A stretch of 41,225 bases of DNA from Octopus bimaculoides (GCF_001194135.2 NC_068988.1:50062274-50103498); one strand, 5' to 3'; numbered from the stretch's first letter, positions 11,483 through 23,159 are shown. Numbers and translations are program-made. Notes: generated from the letters alone by a model not told the origin.

Positions 11483-12061
11483 GTGTTTCTGTATGTATGT
11501 GCGCGTGTACATTTGTGTGTGTTTTTTTGTTTTTTAACACCCTCCCATCCTATGCGAATGGGCAGCTATATAACATTGTATGTGCGCATGCGCATGGGAC
11601 AGCATGCCCCTGCCATTTTTTGCATCACTTTAAACATCAAGTTCGAGTGATGAACCTCTTTGAATAAATTCAATATCACAACACAACCTCTGTATTACTG
11701 CTACACCTTCCCACCTTCGTTTTTGTTTGACGGGGTAAGTAGAAAAGCATACCCAACCCTCAGCTTGGAATTAGCTCCGGGATTTTATCTGACTTGTTTG
11801 TGTCAGTTATTGGTTGTAAAGCGTGATTACGACAACGTACGGCAAGAATTGATGAAACAGTATTGCTATCATGTTTTCGTAGATTAGCTTGAGTTGTAAA
11901 TGCCGTGACGTTCATGCATTTTCCTGGAAAATACATTAATGTTTGTAAATGAAATAAAATGGTTGCAACTTGGAAACGAAACCTAGCTGAGGACTCACTC
12001 GGTTCATGGCGAACGAAACGCCAATAAATATTTGAGCTGCGTGCTGTTATTTCATTAAGAT

Positions 12062-12190
12062 GGAGGTGGCGAACTGGCAGAATCAAAAGTAATGCGTTAT
12101 GTATTTCTTCAGGCACTTTACATTCTGAGTTTCGATTCCTCTGGGGTTAACTTTGCTTTTCATCCTTCTGTAGTCGATAAAATAAATGCT
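12062..12190 (+). mobile_element. Degenerate family A SINE
   Basis: GGCGAACTGGCAGAATC...TTCTGAGTTTCGATTCC...TTTCATCCTT..GTCGATAAAAT. Confidence 0.78.
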
Positions 12191-12377
12191 TAACATGCAG
12201 TTTACCGTCGTAAAAAAAGTGAAAGTAAATTGTTCTAAAAAAAAATGAAAGTAATTTGCGGTGAGAAGAACCAAAAGGGACGACAGTAGCATACCAGGAT
12301 TTCATAAAAAAGGTCTCCCTTATCTTACCATGTTTACATGTTTGATACATTCCGGTAATGGGTTAAGTATTTCAGAA

Positions 12378-12595
12378 ATGGCAACTGAGGTCCACCGTTC
12401 CATCGTATTATGCCCAGCAACGAAAACCAACGAGATGGCAATTCGGTGGCTCGCAAGTCGATGCATGATAGACAACAGAGTTACATGTAAACAATGCAAT
12501 AATCCTTGCGGTTAATAAGCCGTAGAGAAAGAACCGTCGGAAAGCGGCGGCGTTGTTCCAGTGGATTCACTCGGACTATACGAACCATTTCCTTT
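12378..12595 (+). mobile_element. Merlin (IS1595/ISXO2-like) transposase N-terminal zinc-ribbon fragment, frameshifted
   Basis: MAIRWLASRCMIDNRVTCKQCNNPC, then after a frameshift near 12511 LISRRERTVGKRRRCSSGFTRTIRTISF. Fits AI.WL....I.N...C..C...M.L......G..WRC..C....SIR..SFF. Confidence 0.62.
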
Positions 12596-13717
12596 GGGGT
12601 GGGGGTGGGGGGTGGGAGGCAATTGATTCTGCCAGTAATAATTCATCTAATGTACAGAGAAAGAGACTACTAACACTTTCGGGTTCTACTTTCATTTTTA
12701 ACGACAATTTATTTTCATTTCGTTACGATGCTAGAGAGCATATTAACAAAATAAAGTACCAGTTATGTACTGAGGTCAAAAGTACCGACTAAACTTTTAC
12801 CCCTAAATTACTGCTCTTGTACTGATATCAGAAACCCTTATTTCTTTGAGAATCCAAGCAGAAATCTAGTTGATGTTGGCTTTGTCTTTCATTTCTCCAG
12901 ACTCGATAAAACAAGTAGCAAGTAAATATTAAGGTTGATTCGATCAACTGTATTGTTTCCCTGGAGTGTGAGGAGACAGTACCATTGCTAAAATCATTAT
13001 TTTTCGATAAACTGAATGAATGATGGCCATCCCTTACCCAAGAACATTATTGACTTACATAAAATGGTTTCAAACGACCATCGAAACTTCTTTGATATTC
13101 CCACATACACACATATATATGTGGGGGCGGGGAGGAATGGAGATATGCCTGAAACACTGCAGAAAACAAAAACTCATTCGATTATCATTAACAGGCATAT
13201 ATGTGTGTATAGCAGCCGTCGCATTCACAAGCTTTCTATCACTGGTAGAATCGATGCAGGTGATAGTCAGCTGGTTATTCTGCCTGTTTATATACATACT
13301 GGAAAACATGAACGAGGGTGGAGTAGAGGGAATCAGCTAGAATGTTTGGTACAGAACCTAACGAAGAGGTTCGGATACAACTGAATGTAGATAACGAAGA
13401 GAGACAGGTGTATGAGGTCTGCTTGAGTGGAGGTGACATGCAGCTTGCTAATTCTGAGAACCAGAATTTTAGTACCACTAGTTAAGTAATAAAAAAAACA
13501 GCAGACTTGTGAGCCATTAAGTCTGCATTTGTTCATCAGTTGAATGACCATTTTGAAAAGGGTGCGTACGGAGATATTTACGTGTAACAGCAACACTGTC
13601 TCAGATATGAGAGCAGAATACTTACACTGTATGCACTTGAGCTTTGTAGAGAGTCAACATACAAACCAGATCTAGTCTTTGGAATGTAATTTTTGTTGTG
13701 TTGTATATATATGTATA

Positions 13718-13750
<33 letters not shown>

Positions 13751-13760
13751 NNNNNNNNNN

Positions 13761-13789
<29 letters not shown>

Positions 13790-13799
<10 letters not shown>

Positions 13800-14517
13800 C
13801 TGTGTTTCACGTATCCAAAAGAATTGAGACGCGCAGCGCATCGTTGTTTAAAATCTATATATATGGTTGTAGAATTGTGTAACGTGTTGAGGACGGTGCG
13901 TTTATAAATTACAATAGACCTTCTGTAATAGGTTTGTAGAGGGGCAGATGGTCCCAGGACGGCAGTTACATGGTAGTCCATTATGGCAAGTATTTTCAGG
14001 AATGCAGAGGGTAATACTGTCAGAGAAGAGGTTAGGGATGGGGTAGATTGGTCTTTGTTATTAACATTATTATTACTATTATCAGTACTATTTCTATCAT
14101 TGTTGTTATTTATCCTGTCTATAATGGTGGTGGAAGTTGTGGTAGTAGTATTCAGGTTAGTGTTAGTGGATTTATTTAAGCTCTTAGTGACTAGCAAGAC
14201 ATTATCTCTATAGAGGACACCCTTGATGTTAGGGAAATATATTTGGAGATAGTGAAGTATGTATAGTCTGATGAGGTCGGTGACTAGGGCGGAGTCGGAT
14301 GATGCCATAGTAATGTCAAATAATTTGTTATGGTTATTGTTATAGTTATAGTGGTTTGCCCGGCACCAAAGTTTGTTCTCAAAAGAAATAATGGTTTTGA
14401 GGGCATTAAGAATTATGTTAATTTCTAGTGGGGTTAGGTTAGTTAGATTCCTAGCTAGAAGGAACGCTTGATTAAGAAGTTTGGGAGAAATAGAAGAGTA
14501 GTAATTATTTATATCGA
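13790..14517 (-). mobile_element. Naiad-like Penelope element: RT core, short low-complexity spacer, CNCR..CP linker, GIY-YIG-like domain
   Basis: DINNYYSSISPKLLNQA, LFDITMASSDSA, LYRDNVL (RT); CNCRPGTICP in a shifted frame; IVIYKRTV...IYIDFKQR...SF (GIY-YIG-like). Ends in (TA)n on one side and an N gap on the other. Confidence 0.78.
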
Positions 14518-15090
14518 NNNNNNNNNNNNNNNNNNNNNNNNNNNNNNNNNNNNNNNNNNNNNNNNNNNNNNNNNNNNNNNNNNNNNNNNNNNNNNNNNNN
14601 NNNNNNNNNNNNNNNNNNNNNNNNNNNNNNNNNNNNNNNNNNNNNNNNNNNNNNNNNNNNNNNNNNNNNNNNNNNNNNNNNNNNNNNNNNNNNNNNNNNN
14701 NNNNNNNNNNNNNNNNNNNNNNNNNNNNNNNNNNNNNNNNNNNNNNNNNNNNNNNNNNNNNNNNNNNNNNNNNNNNNNNNNNNNNNNNNNNNNNNNNNNN
14801 NNNNNNNNNNNNNNNNNNNNNNNNNNNNNNNNNNNNNNNNNNNNNNNNNNNNNNNNNNNNNNNNNNNNNNNNNNNNNNNNNNNNNNNNNNNNNNNNNNNN
14901 NNNNNNNNNNNNNNNNNNNNNNNNNNNNNNNNNNNNNNNNNNNNNNNNNNNNNNNNNNNNNNNNNNNNNNNNNNNNNNNNNNNNNNNNNNNNNNNNNNNN
15001 NNNNNNNNNNNNNNNNNNNNNNNNNNNNNNNNNNNNNNNNNNNNNNNNNNNNNNNNNNNNNNNNNNNNNNNNNNNNNNNNNNNNNNNNNN

Positions 15091-15129
<39 letters not shown>

Positions 15130-15269
15130 CAAAGAATATATATACATGTATACACACATATATGTACATACTTACATCTACATGTGTATATATATGCATA
15201 TCAGGGTACAGGACGTTAGAACAATGAACTACAGACAACGGAACGAACATATATATATGACGTACCACC

Positions 15270-15560
15270 AGTAAATATCAGAGATTATGAAGGTCAGCAT
15301 TTTTACCCAACTTTGAAGATTTTCAATGTGTGGTACTCCTACCCAGAGTGAGAGATTTGGGTATTTTTGCCCTTGACGAATGTCCTTATATAGTGTTTAA
15401 GAAGTCTGGGTAAGTTTATATTAGAGGGCAGTTTGTTGTCTCTGATCCAAGAATCAGTACAAATCAGATAAGAATCATTATTGTATGTGAATGATGCTTG
15501 TTTGCATAAGATTAATATAGAATGAAGTTATTACCTACTGAAGCCATAATCAAATGTAAT
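15270..15560 (-). mobile_element. Decayed RNase H domain of an I-group LINE
   Basis: FSR**LHSIL (about F.AELHAIL) ... YLICTDS ... frameshifted LWVGVPH ... GKNAD, in RNase H motif order. Confidence 0.5.
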
Positions 15561-15763
15561 ATCAATTGTAAGTGCTTGTGGCCATTAAAGAACTGAGGAA
15601 CGAGTGTGGAAGATATAATCAAATGTTAACAGTACATTAGAGTTTACAGAATAAGATAAAGAGAGTCCGTCAGCACAAGAGCGTCTAGGAAATTTTGCAT
15701 TCAGTATACACACGCAAACTATGTGTGTGTGTATGCGTGTGTGTATAGCATGTTTATATATAT

Positions 15764-16170
15764 AGGCGCAGGAGTGGCTGTGTGGTAAGTAGCTTGCTTA
15801 CCAACCACATGGTTCTGGGTTCATTCCCACTGCGTGGCACCTTGGGCAAGTGTCTTCTACTATAGCCTCGGGCCGACCAAAGCCTTGTGAGTGGATTTGG
15901 TAGACAGAAACTGAAAGAAGCCTGTCGTATATACGTATATATATGTATGTATGTGTGTATATATGTTTGTGTGTCTGTGTTTGTCCCCCTTCCAACATCG
16001 CTTGACAACCGATGGTGGTGTGTTTACGTCCCCGTAACTTAGCGGTTCAGCAAAAAAGAACGATAGAATAAGTACTAGGCTTCCAAAGAATAAGTCCTGG
16101 GTTGATTTGCTCGACTAAAGGTGGTGCTCCAGCATGGCCGCAGTCAAATGACTGAAACAAGTAAAAGAGT
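15764..16170 (+). mobile_element. tRNA-derived SINE family B (CORE-like), full length
   Basis: Head GGCGCAGGAGTGGCTGTGTGGTAAG, B-box GGGTTCATTCCC, CORE-like CCTTGGGCAAGTG, internal microsatellite, tail TGACTGAAACAAGTAAAAGAGT. Resembles octopus OR2 (from memory). Confidence 0.93.
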
Positions 16171-16200
16171 AGTATATATGTTGCACACACATACGAACAT

Positions 16201-16201
16201 A

Positions 16202-16287
<86 letters not shown>

Positions 16288-16288
16288 G
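16201..16288. repeat. Compound (GACA)n(GATA)n microsatellite
   Basis: Read directly. Confidence 0.97.
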
Positions 16289-16434
16289 TGCAGCGAGCAG
16301 GTGTTATCCTAGCTTGTTCGGTCAAGTCTTCTAATTCAGAAGGTAAAAGTTGTGAAGACGCTTTGGTGTACCGCTTAACCATACTACACAGTTCAAATCA
16401 GACACTGCGTAGGCAATGCTACAATCTTCACCCC

Positions 16435-16474
<40 letters not shown>

Positions 16475-16674
16475 TGGCATGCTTGTTGGCGTCGGCGTCT
16501 TGGATTTGGATTTCCAACACCTGTTGCACGATGGATTCTTCTTAAGTTAACTTTGTTTTTTTCAATTTTCCATTTGTAAATGTTCAAACGTTTGTCTTCC
16601 CTTTGATATCCGATAAACTAGGCCTGTTGCCTCCTGCGTTATCAAGAAGTTTACAGGTTGTTTCTGCTAGTCTA

Positions 16675-16895
16675 ATGAATATTCTTTACAATATGACTTG
16701 TGTGGCCTGGAACATCAACAAACAGATGCATAAGCTTTTGAAAGCTGCAGCGACGCATTTCTTTTTGACGAATACAGACAGAATAAGAAACGTCGAAGTC
16801 CTTAAACGAGCATAAACCGCCAGAAACCACTAGAAGAGGGCTTATCAACATAAGGAGGCAAGATGCTAAGTTCTTCGGACATCAGAGAAAAAGAC
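16675..16895 (+). mobile_element. RTE-clade LINE ORF2 C-terminal fragment
   Basis: ILYNMTCVAWNINKQMHKLLKAA...TDRIRNVEVLKRA, then frameshifted INIRRQDAKFFGH. Fits RTE LYG.EAW.I.K.M...L.A...N.EVL.RA...IR.RQ..F.GH. Confidence 0.78.
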
Positions 16896-17486
16896 CAAAC
16901 CTGAATGTGTGTGCGTGTGTTTATGTATATATGTGCGTGTGTATATATATATATACATATATATATACGCAAACATTAATACATATAATTTTCTTTTATG
17001 TTTTTCTTTTACTTGTTTCAGTCATTTGACTGCGTGTATGTATATATATATATATATATATATAAATACACACACACACACACACACATATGTACGTACG
17101 CACACACATATACATACATATATATACATGTGAGTGTGTGTGTGTGTGTGTGTCTGTGTGTGTGTGCGTGTATATATACGTATGTACGTGTGTTTATGTA
17201 CGCATATGTGTGCGTATATGTGTGTGTGTGTGTGTGTGTGTTTCTGTATGTGTATGCGTGTGCGTGTTTTATTGTGTGTGTATGTATCAAACTATACACG
17301 CGAGCGATCTCTCTCTCTCACACACACTCACACTCACACAGAGTCACACTTATGCGCTTTGTAATTAGACAGTCTCTCTGTAACAGAGCACCCCAAGTAA
17401 AAACAACACGCTGACTGTGCTATGTAAATAACTGCTATGTATTCTTTTCTTCTTTCTCATACTACTTGCGGCTTTATTTTTATCAT

Positions 17487-17531
<45 letters not shown>

Positions 17532-17561
17532 NNNNNNNNNNNNNNNNNNNNNNNNNNNNNN

Positions 17562-17640
<79 letters not shown>

Positions 17641-18036
17641 TTTAACACATTCTAAATCTTTTGTTCTCACCCTGTGTATGTGTAAGTGTGTCTCTCTTTC
17701 ACCCTTCTCTGTGTGTATGTGTGTGTATGCGTATGTAACTTTCAGAAATAACGCCCTTAGTTGGATGTTTCCGTTATAGGGATTTTTAGCTTCAAACAAG
17801 GTACGTGTGGGCGATGACAACTAAAGTGGTGATGACGGTATTGGGGGGGGGAGATATTGGTAGAAGTAGTGGTGGCGGTGGCGGTAGTGATGGTGATGGT
17901 GATAGTGGTGGCGGTGGTGGTAGGGGTGATTTGTGATAATATATGAGGAAGAATTGAAAATCCTATATATCAGCAATTAATTATGGGGATTTAATCTAGC
18001 TGGTACGTGGTATTTATATAGATATAATATATATAT

Positions 18037-18287
18037 AGGCGTAGGAGTGGCTGTGTGGTAAGTAGCTTGCTNNNNNNNNNNTGAAACAAGTAAAAGAGTA
18101 AAAGAGTATATATATATATATATAATATATAAAATGTGGTTGTGTGGTAAGAAGCATGCTTCCCAACAACATGGTTCCGTATTCAGTCCCTTTACGTGGG
18201 GCCTTGAACAAGTGTCTTCTGCTATAGCCTCAGGCCGACCAAAGCCTTGTGAGTGGTTGCGTAACCAGAAACTGAAAGAAGCCCGTC
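18037..18287 (+). mobile_element. Two family B SINEs (first collapsed around an N gap, second lacking its 3' half)
   Basis: Head at 18037 and tail at 18082-18107; second head and CORE-like region at 18136-18287. Confidence 0.85.
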
Positions 18288-18370
18288 TCTCTTTCCTTTC
18301 CCGGAGCGTCCAATAACACTATCCGTATCACGTCCTCACTTTGTTGTCTTTTCGTCATTGTTTTTTTGAA

Positions 18371-18409
<39 letters not shown>

Positions 18410-19207
18410 NNNNNNNNNNNNNNNNNNNNNNNNNNNNNNNNNNNNNNNNNNNNNNNNNNNNNNNNNNNNNNNNNNNNNNNNNNNNNNNNNNNNNNNNNNN
18501 NNNNNNNNNNNNNNNNNNNNNNNNNNNNNNNNNNNNNNNNNNNNNNNNNNNNNNNNNNNNNNNNNNNNNNNNNNNNNNNNNNNNNNNNNNNNNNNNNNNN
18601 NNNNNNNNNNNNNNNNNNNNNNNNNNNNNNNNNNNNNNNNNNNNNNNNNNNNNNNNNNNNNNNNNNNNNNNNNNNNNNNNNNNNNNNNNNNNNNNNNNNN
18701 NNNNNNNNNNNNNNNNNNNNNNNNNNNNNNNNNNNNNNNNNNNNNNNNNNNNNNNNNNNNNNNNNNNNNNNNNNNNNNNNNNNNNNNNNNNNNNNNNNNN
18801 NNNNNNNNNNNNNNNNNNNNNNNNNNNNNNNNNNNNNNNNNNNNNNNNNNNNNNNNNNNNNNNNNNNNNNNNNNNNNNNNNNNNNNNNNNNNNNNNNNNN
18901 NNNNNNNNNNNNNNNNNNNNNNNNNNNNNNNNNNNNNNNNNNNNNNNNNNNNNNNNNNNNNNNNNNNNNNNNNNNNNNNNNNNNNNNNNNNNNNNNNNNN
19001 NNNNNNNNNNNNNNNNNNNNNNNNNNNNNNNNNNNNNNNNNNNNNNNNNNNNNNNNNNNNNNNNNNNNNNNNNNNNNNNNNNNNNNNNNNNNNNNNNNNN
19101 NNNNNNNNNNNNNNNNNNNNNNNNNNNNNNNNNNNNNNNNNNNNNNNNNNNNNNNNNNNNNNNNNNNNNNNNNNNNNNNNNNNNNNNNNNNNNNNNNNNN
19201 NNNNNNN

Positions 19208-19535
19208 TTACTCTTACTCTTTTACTCTTTTACTTGTTTCAGTCATTTGACTGCTGCCATGCTGGAGCACCGCCTTTAGTCAAGCAAATCGACCCCAGGA
19301 CTTATTCTTTGTAAGCCTAGTACTTATTCGGTTACGGAGACGTAAACACACCAGCATCGGTTGTCAAGCGATGTTGGGGGACAAACACAAACACACAAAC
19401 ACACACACACATATATATACATATACATATACATATATACGACGGGCTTCTTTCAGTTTCCGTCTACCAAATCCACTCACAATGCTTTGGTCAGCCCGAG
19501 GCTATAGTAGAAGACACTTGCCCAAGGTTCCACGC
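19208..19535 (-). mobile_element. Family B SINE lacking its head
   Basis: Reverse complement collinear with 15835-16170; similarity stops at 19535. Confidence 0.9.
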
Positions 19536-19538
19536 AAT

Positions 19539-19660
19539 ATATTATAATGGGGCGGTTTATGGGGTTAGTTTGGGTTTCTCGCTCATAAGGGGTTTAACCT
19601 TACGGCGTATCTTCAGACCCCAAACACTGCTAGCTAAGACACCGACCCCCGTTATAATAT
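19539..19660. mobile_element. Candidate ~120-bp MITE
   Basis: Terminal inverted repeats ATATTATAAYGGGG (19539-19552 and 19647-19660, 13/14 match); can be read as TA-flanked. Confidence 0.5.
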
Positions 19661-20397
19661 TAACTGCTCTATATCTCAGAGTGCGCTTCAATCCAGGATT
19701 TATGTATTTCTACAAATGATGTGTTTGTGTGCATGTATGCAATGTGTGTATGTATATGCTTCTATGTGTGTTACATACATCCATGCTTATGTAAACATTA
19801 TTTTTCACTCTGTATGTGTGCGTGTGTTCTGCGTTTGGACAACCTTTACCACTCTTGGGTGTTTTAATTTTTAAGTTCGTAAAAACAAAAGAAAAACAAA
19901 CAAGGGACCACAGCAGGATTCTAGTGTAAAGGAATGTTATCCCCTCCCCCTCCTGTTATCACACACATATATACAAACACTTAAATGTACACAACACGCT
20001 TATATACACACATACGCACGCGCATCCGTCCGTCCATATAAACACACACATACGCATACTTGTGCGCGCGCACAGTTGGGTGGACGTAGGAAAAAAGGGG
20101 GATAGTAACAGGTTACAAGCAGAAAAGATACTTCTCTTCTCGGCTTAAGTTAAGTAGATTTTAGGGTTTCAGTTACATTTGCCTAACAGCAACAACAACA
20201 GGAACAATAACAACTATTAATCCCTTCGTTGCCATCAAAGAATAAAATACTAAAAAAAAGACGAATTTTAAAAGAAAAGAAAACGGGAAAAAATTCGTTA
20301 AACGCGATTATTAAAGGAAATTTTCTCAGCTTTCTCACTCTCGATATATGTATGTAGGTATGTATGTATGTATGTATGTATATGTGTGTGTGTATAC

Positions 20398-20511
<114 letters not shown>

Positions 20512-21349
20512 TATTTACGTATAAATATATATACGTATCTCTCTCTCTCTATATATATATATATGTGTGTGTGTACGTATTTATGTACATATATGTGTTT
20601 ATATATATATGTATATGCATGTGTATGTGTAAATATATGTGACAGATAAATTCCTCTATTTACATAATATCGAGGTCTCTTTCATTCTTTTGAGAACTTC
20701 AAGGTTAGTTATTAATGTGTTTTCTTCATTTTCCATACTGACACGTGTTTCTGCTGCATAAGTATCCTTCCGTGTGACAAATATTTGAATTTAGTTAATT
20801 TGTATTAAATCAATCGCAAAGGATTGTCAAGCTTTAGATCTGAATGTGTTGCAATTGATTTTATTCACATATCTGTTATATCAAAGGACACAAGGACACT
20901 TATTCAGCAGAAAGACGCATCTAAATGGCATATGAAGAAAACACGATAAAGAAATTCTGAAATTCCGTAATTCTCCATTCTTACTTACGATGTCTTGATT
21001 ATATCCTCTGAATGCTACATGGAATCTTATGAAGCGAACTCAGGATTTACCTATTGAATGAAGTAGTTTAATTGTTTATCTTAAACGACTCTGTGTTTTC
21101 CCTATCATTTGATGTGGTTTGCCAGATCTGGATTATATCAGAGTGCTCATAATGTACCGGCCCAGATTTTATGTCTCTATTCTTTTACGTTATATGTGTG
21201 CGTATGTGTGTGTTTGTGCGTGTGTAGGTAGATAAGTAGGAAAGAAAGAAGGTAGGTAGGTAGGTAGGTAAGTAGGTAGGTAGGTATCCAATCATAGTAC
21301 CGAATACTTATAATGCCATTATTGACTTTAAGTGGTTAAATGTCTACTT

Positions 21350-21650
21350 TAGATGAGCTAAGATCGAACTGGTTCGGTTCAACTGCGTCTGTCTGCTGTT
21401 CGATTCCCGGTGCCTCCGACACCATGCAATGCAGGCGATTTACCAAGTGCATAGCTGATCGTCCGCTACTTTATCTGCTGAAATTGATTGTTCGCAGCAG
21501 CCTGCATCTTCGGATGAGAGTTTCTGCTGACCGTTCGAAGTAAGCATCTCCAGTTTATCGTTCCTTGCGAACAGTTCGGCTACCGAAACCGTACTCCATC
21601 TACTTGAAATCAGATTGACCGCACCTGCTATGGTCAGTCAATATTGAAGC
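21350..21650 (-). mobile_element. Decayed RNase H domain of an I/Loa/R1/Tad1-type LINE
   Basis: Across frameshifts: ILTDHS, STVSVAELFA, SE-QAA-RTI, IAWCRRH, GNRTAD, giving the D-E-D-D motif order. Explains the local GC- and CpG-rich patch. Confidence 0.55.
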
Positions 21651-22305
21651 GTAGCTTCATTGACACGTTGCGCTTCTGTTGCGCAGAATCATTCAACGGC
21701 TTTTATATCGTCATGCTTCAGAGTATCCTCCCTAGCACGAACCATGCATCTTTCGTGTGTCATATCAAGCAAATGGTCAAGGGTCATTCTCATAGCAAGT
21801 ACACTATAAGTAAGCTTATTTGCTCGTCTCTAGTCGGTTGACTAGCTTCTTCTCTAATAATTCTCTATTGCTACAGCTTCCCTAAACTGACATATTCTGC
21901 TATAATTTTCAATTTTCCTGAAGCCCAAACACCAGTTATTAATAACTGTATCCATCAATTTTCGTCTAAGTAATTGGTTGAATTGGTATCTGAAATATTT
22001 TTGTGCTGGAAAAGATGCATTACAGTGTCCGTTATCGGAGACAGTTTATGAGTCTTGTCTAAATTGCCTGTACAGACAGTTTATATTTTGTCTTTGTATC
22101 CAAGAAGCCAAAAGTATTGACAACTTAGACTATCCTAACTGGATAACTTAATAAAATCGCTCAGTATAACCAAGACCACCCGTTGCAGTTTATCCAAGTC
22201 GTTCAGGAAATCTAAAAAAATACTTGTCATACTTGGAACCTGCAGTACTACTTTACCTGATCTACCACATTTCCGTAGTCTACGCTGTGAAATGAGCTGA
22301 TTTGA

Positions 22306-22373
22306 GTTAGGATTAGGATTAGGGTTAAGGTTTAGGGCAAGGTTTAGGGTTATGATTTAGGGTTTAGGGTTAG
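22306..22373 (+). repeat. Interstitial degenerate telomere-like tract (TTAGGG/TTTAGGG variants)
   Basis: GTTAGGATTAGGATTAGGGTTAAGGTTTAGGGCAAGGTTTAGGGTTATGATTTAGGGTTTAGGGTTAG. Confidence 0.85.
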
Positions 22374-22496
22374 ACTGCATGTTAGTATGAATGGCCACGT
22401 AGACCACACACTAAAGTGTAAATGACAACACCGCACGCTAAAGTGGCACTGTACATTCTTAACATGTATAAATGATACTTTTCATACTCAGTGCCT

Positions 22497-22885
22497 TCAG
22501 AAAATCTATGTGATGCTTGTCAAACAATTGGAACAGCCAGAGAATGTATGCGAGATTTGCACAGCACCTCGCTTATCAAACTATTCACTCTTAACTCTTG
22601 CCTCTGTCTGCGGTTAGGATGTCATTCCACTCACCAATTTACATTGAAGAGCGAGATGCTTCCCCGAAAAGTTTTTAGGATATTTAAGAAATCTGGACTT
22701 CCGACGTAACATGCTACAGTTGGCCACCCGTTTGATAGCACTACCACCTCCGCTGCTGCTCACATCCGGGACCAATATAATGGTTCTTGAGTTAGACATG
22801 TAATGTCGGTTTGCTTGGAGGTGAATTATTTGGTCTGGCTGCCTGCTGCTCCCGAAAACAAAAACCATCATGATATATAGATTTT
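22497..22885 (+). mobile_element. Decayed IS630-Tc1-mariner transposase fragment
   Basis: RKSM*CLS..LAYQTIHS (HTH to YK region), EIWTSD (first catalytic D), HYH...SHP, NVGLLGGELFG, YIDF, with several stops and frameshifts. Confidence 0.42.
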
Positions 22886-22975
22886 AGTAATGTGTTTATT
22901 TAGATATAGATGTTACAATTGTTATTTTACAAAAAGCTGTTATGCTGAATACCTGTAGCTAGTATGTGAGAATGC

Positions 22976-23047
22976 TTCGTGCTTGGCGAGAAAATTTTAG
23001 ATTTTCGTGCCTGGGGAGAAAATTTTAGATTTTCGTGCTTGGCGAGA
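22976..23047 (+). repeat. 28-bp tandem repeat, about 2.6 copies
   Basis: Unit TTCGTGCYTGGSGAGAAAATTTTAGATT. Confidence 0.9.
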
Positions 23048-23159
23048 GATCTTTTACCGTATATTATCAACATCGGGCGGACGGAAAGCAAATATGACAC
23101 CGAAGCAAATATGATCGGACAGACCTAGCTGCTCACTGACCACAAAAACCTCTACAAGT

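Noticed and set aside
13016-13384. 122-aa ORF
   Set aside because: No motif or splice support, and it overlaps equally unconvincing ORFs in other frames.
13490-13545. Minus-strand CUGAUGA followed by a good hairpin
   Set aside because: The GAAA box and stem III are absent (replaced by a U-run), so at best half a hammerhead.
13795-13850. GAAAC-ACA-GUA hammerhead half at the end of the Naiad-like ORF
   Set aside because: No CUGANGA upstream; better explained as coding sequence.
21340-21840. GC/CpG-rich patch as horizontal transfer or tRNA (GTTCGATTCCCGG)
   Set aside because: About 48% GC by hand count, but RNase H motifs on the minus strand explain it, and no cloverleaf can be built.
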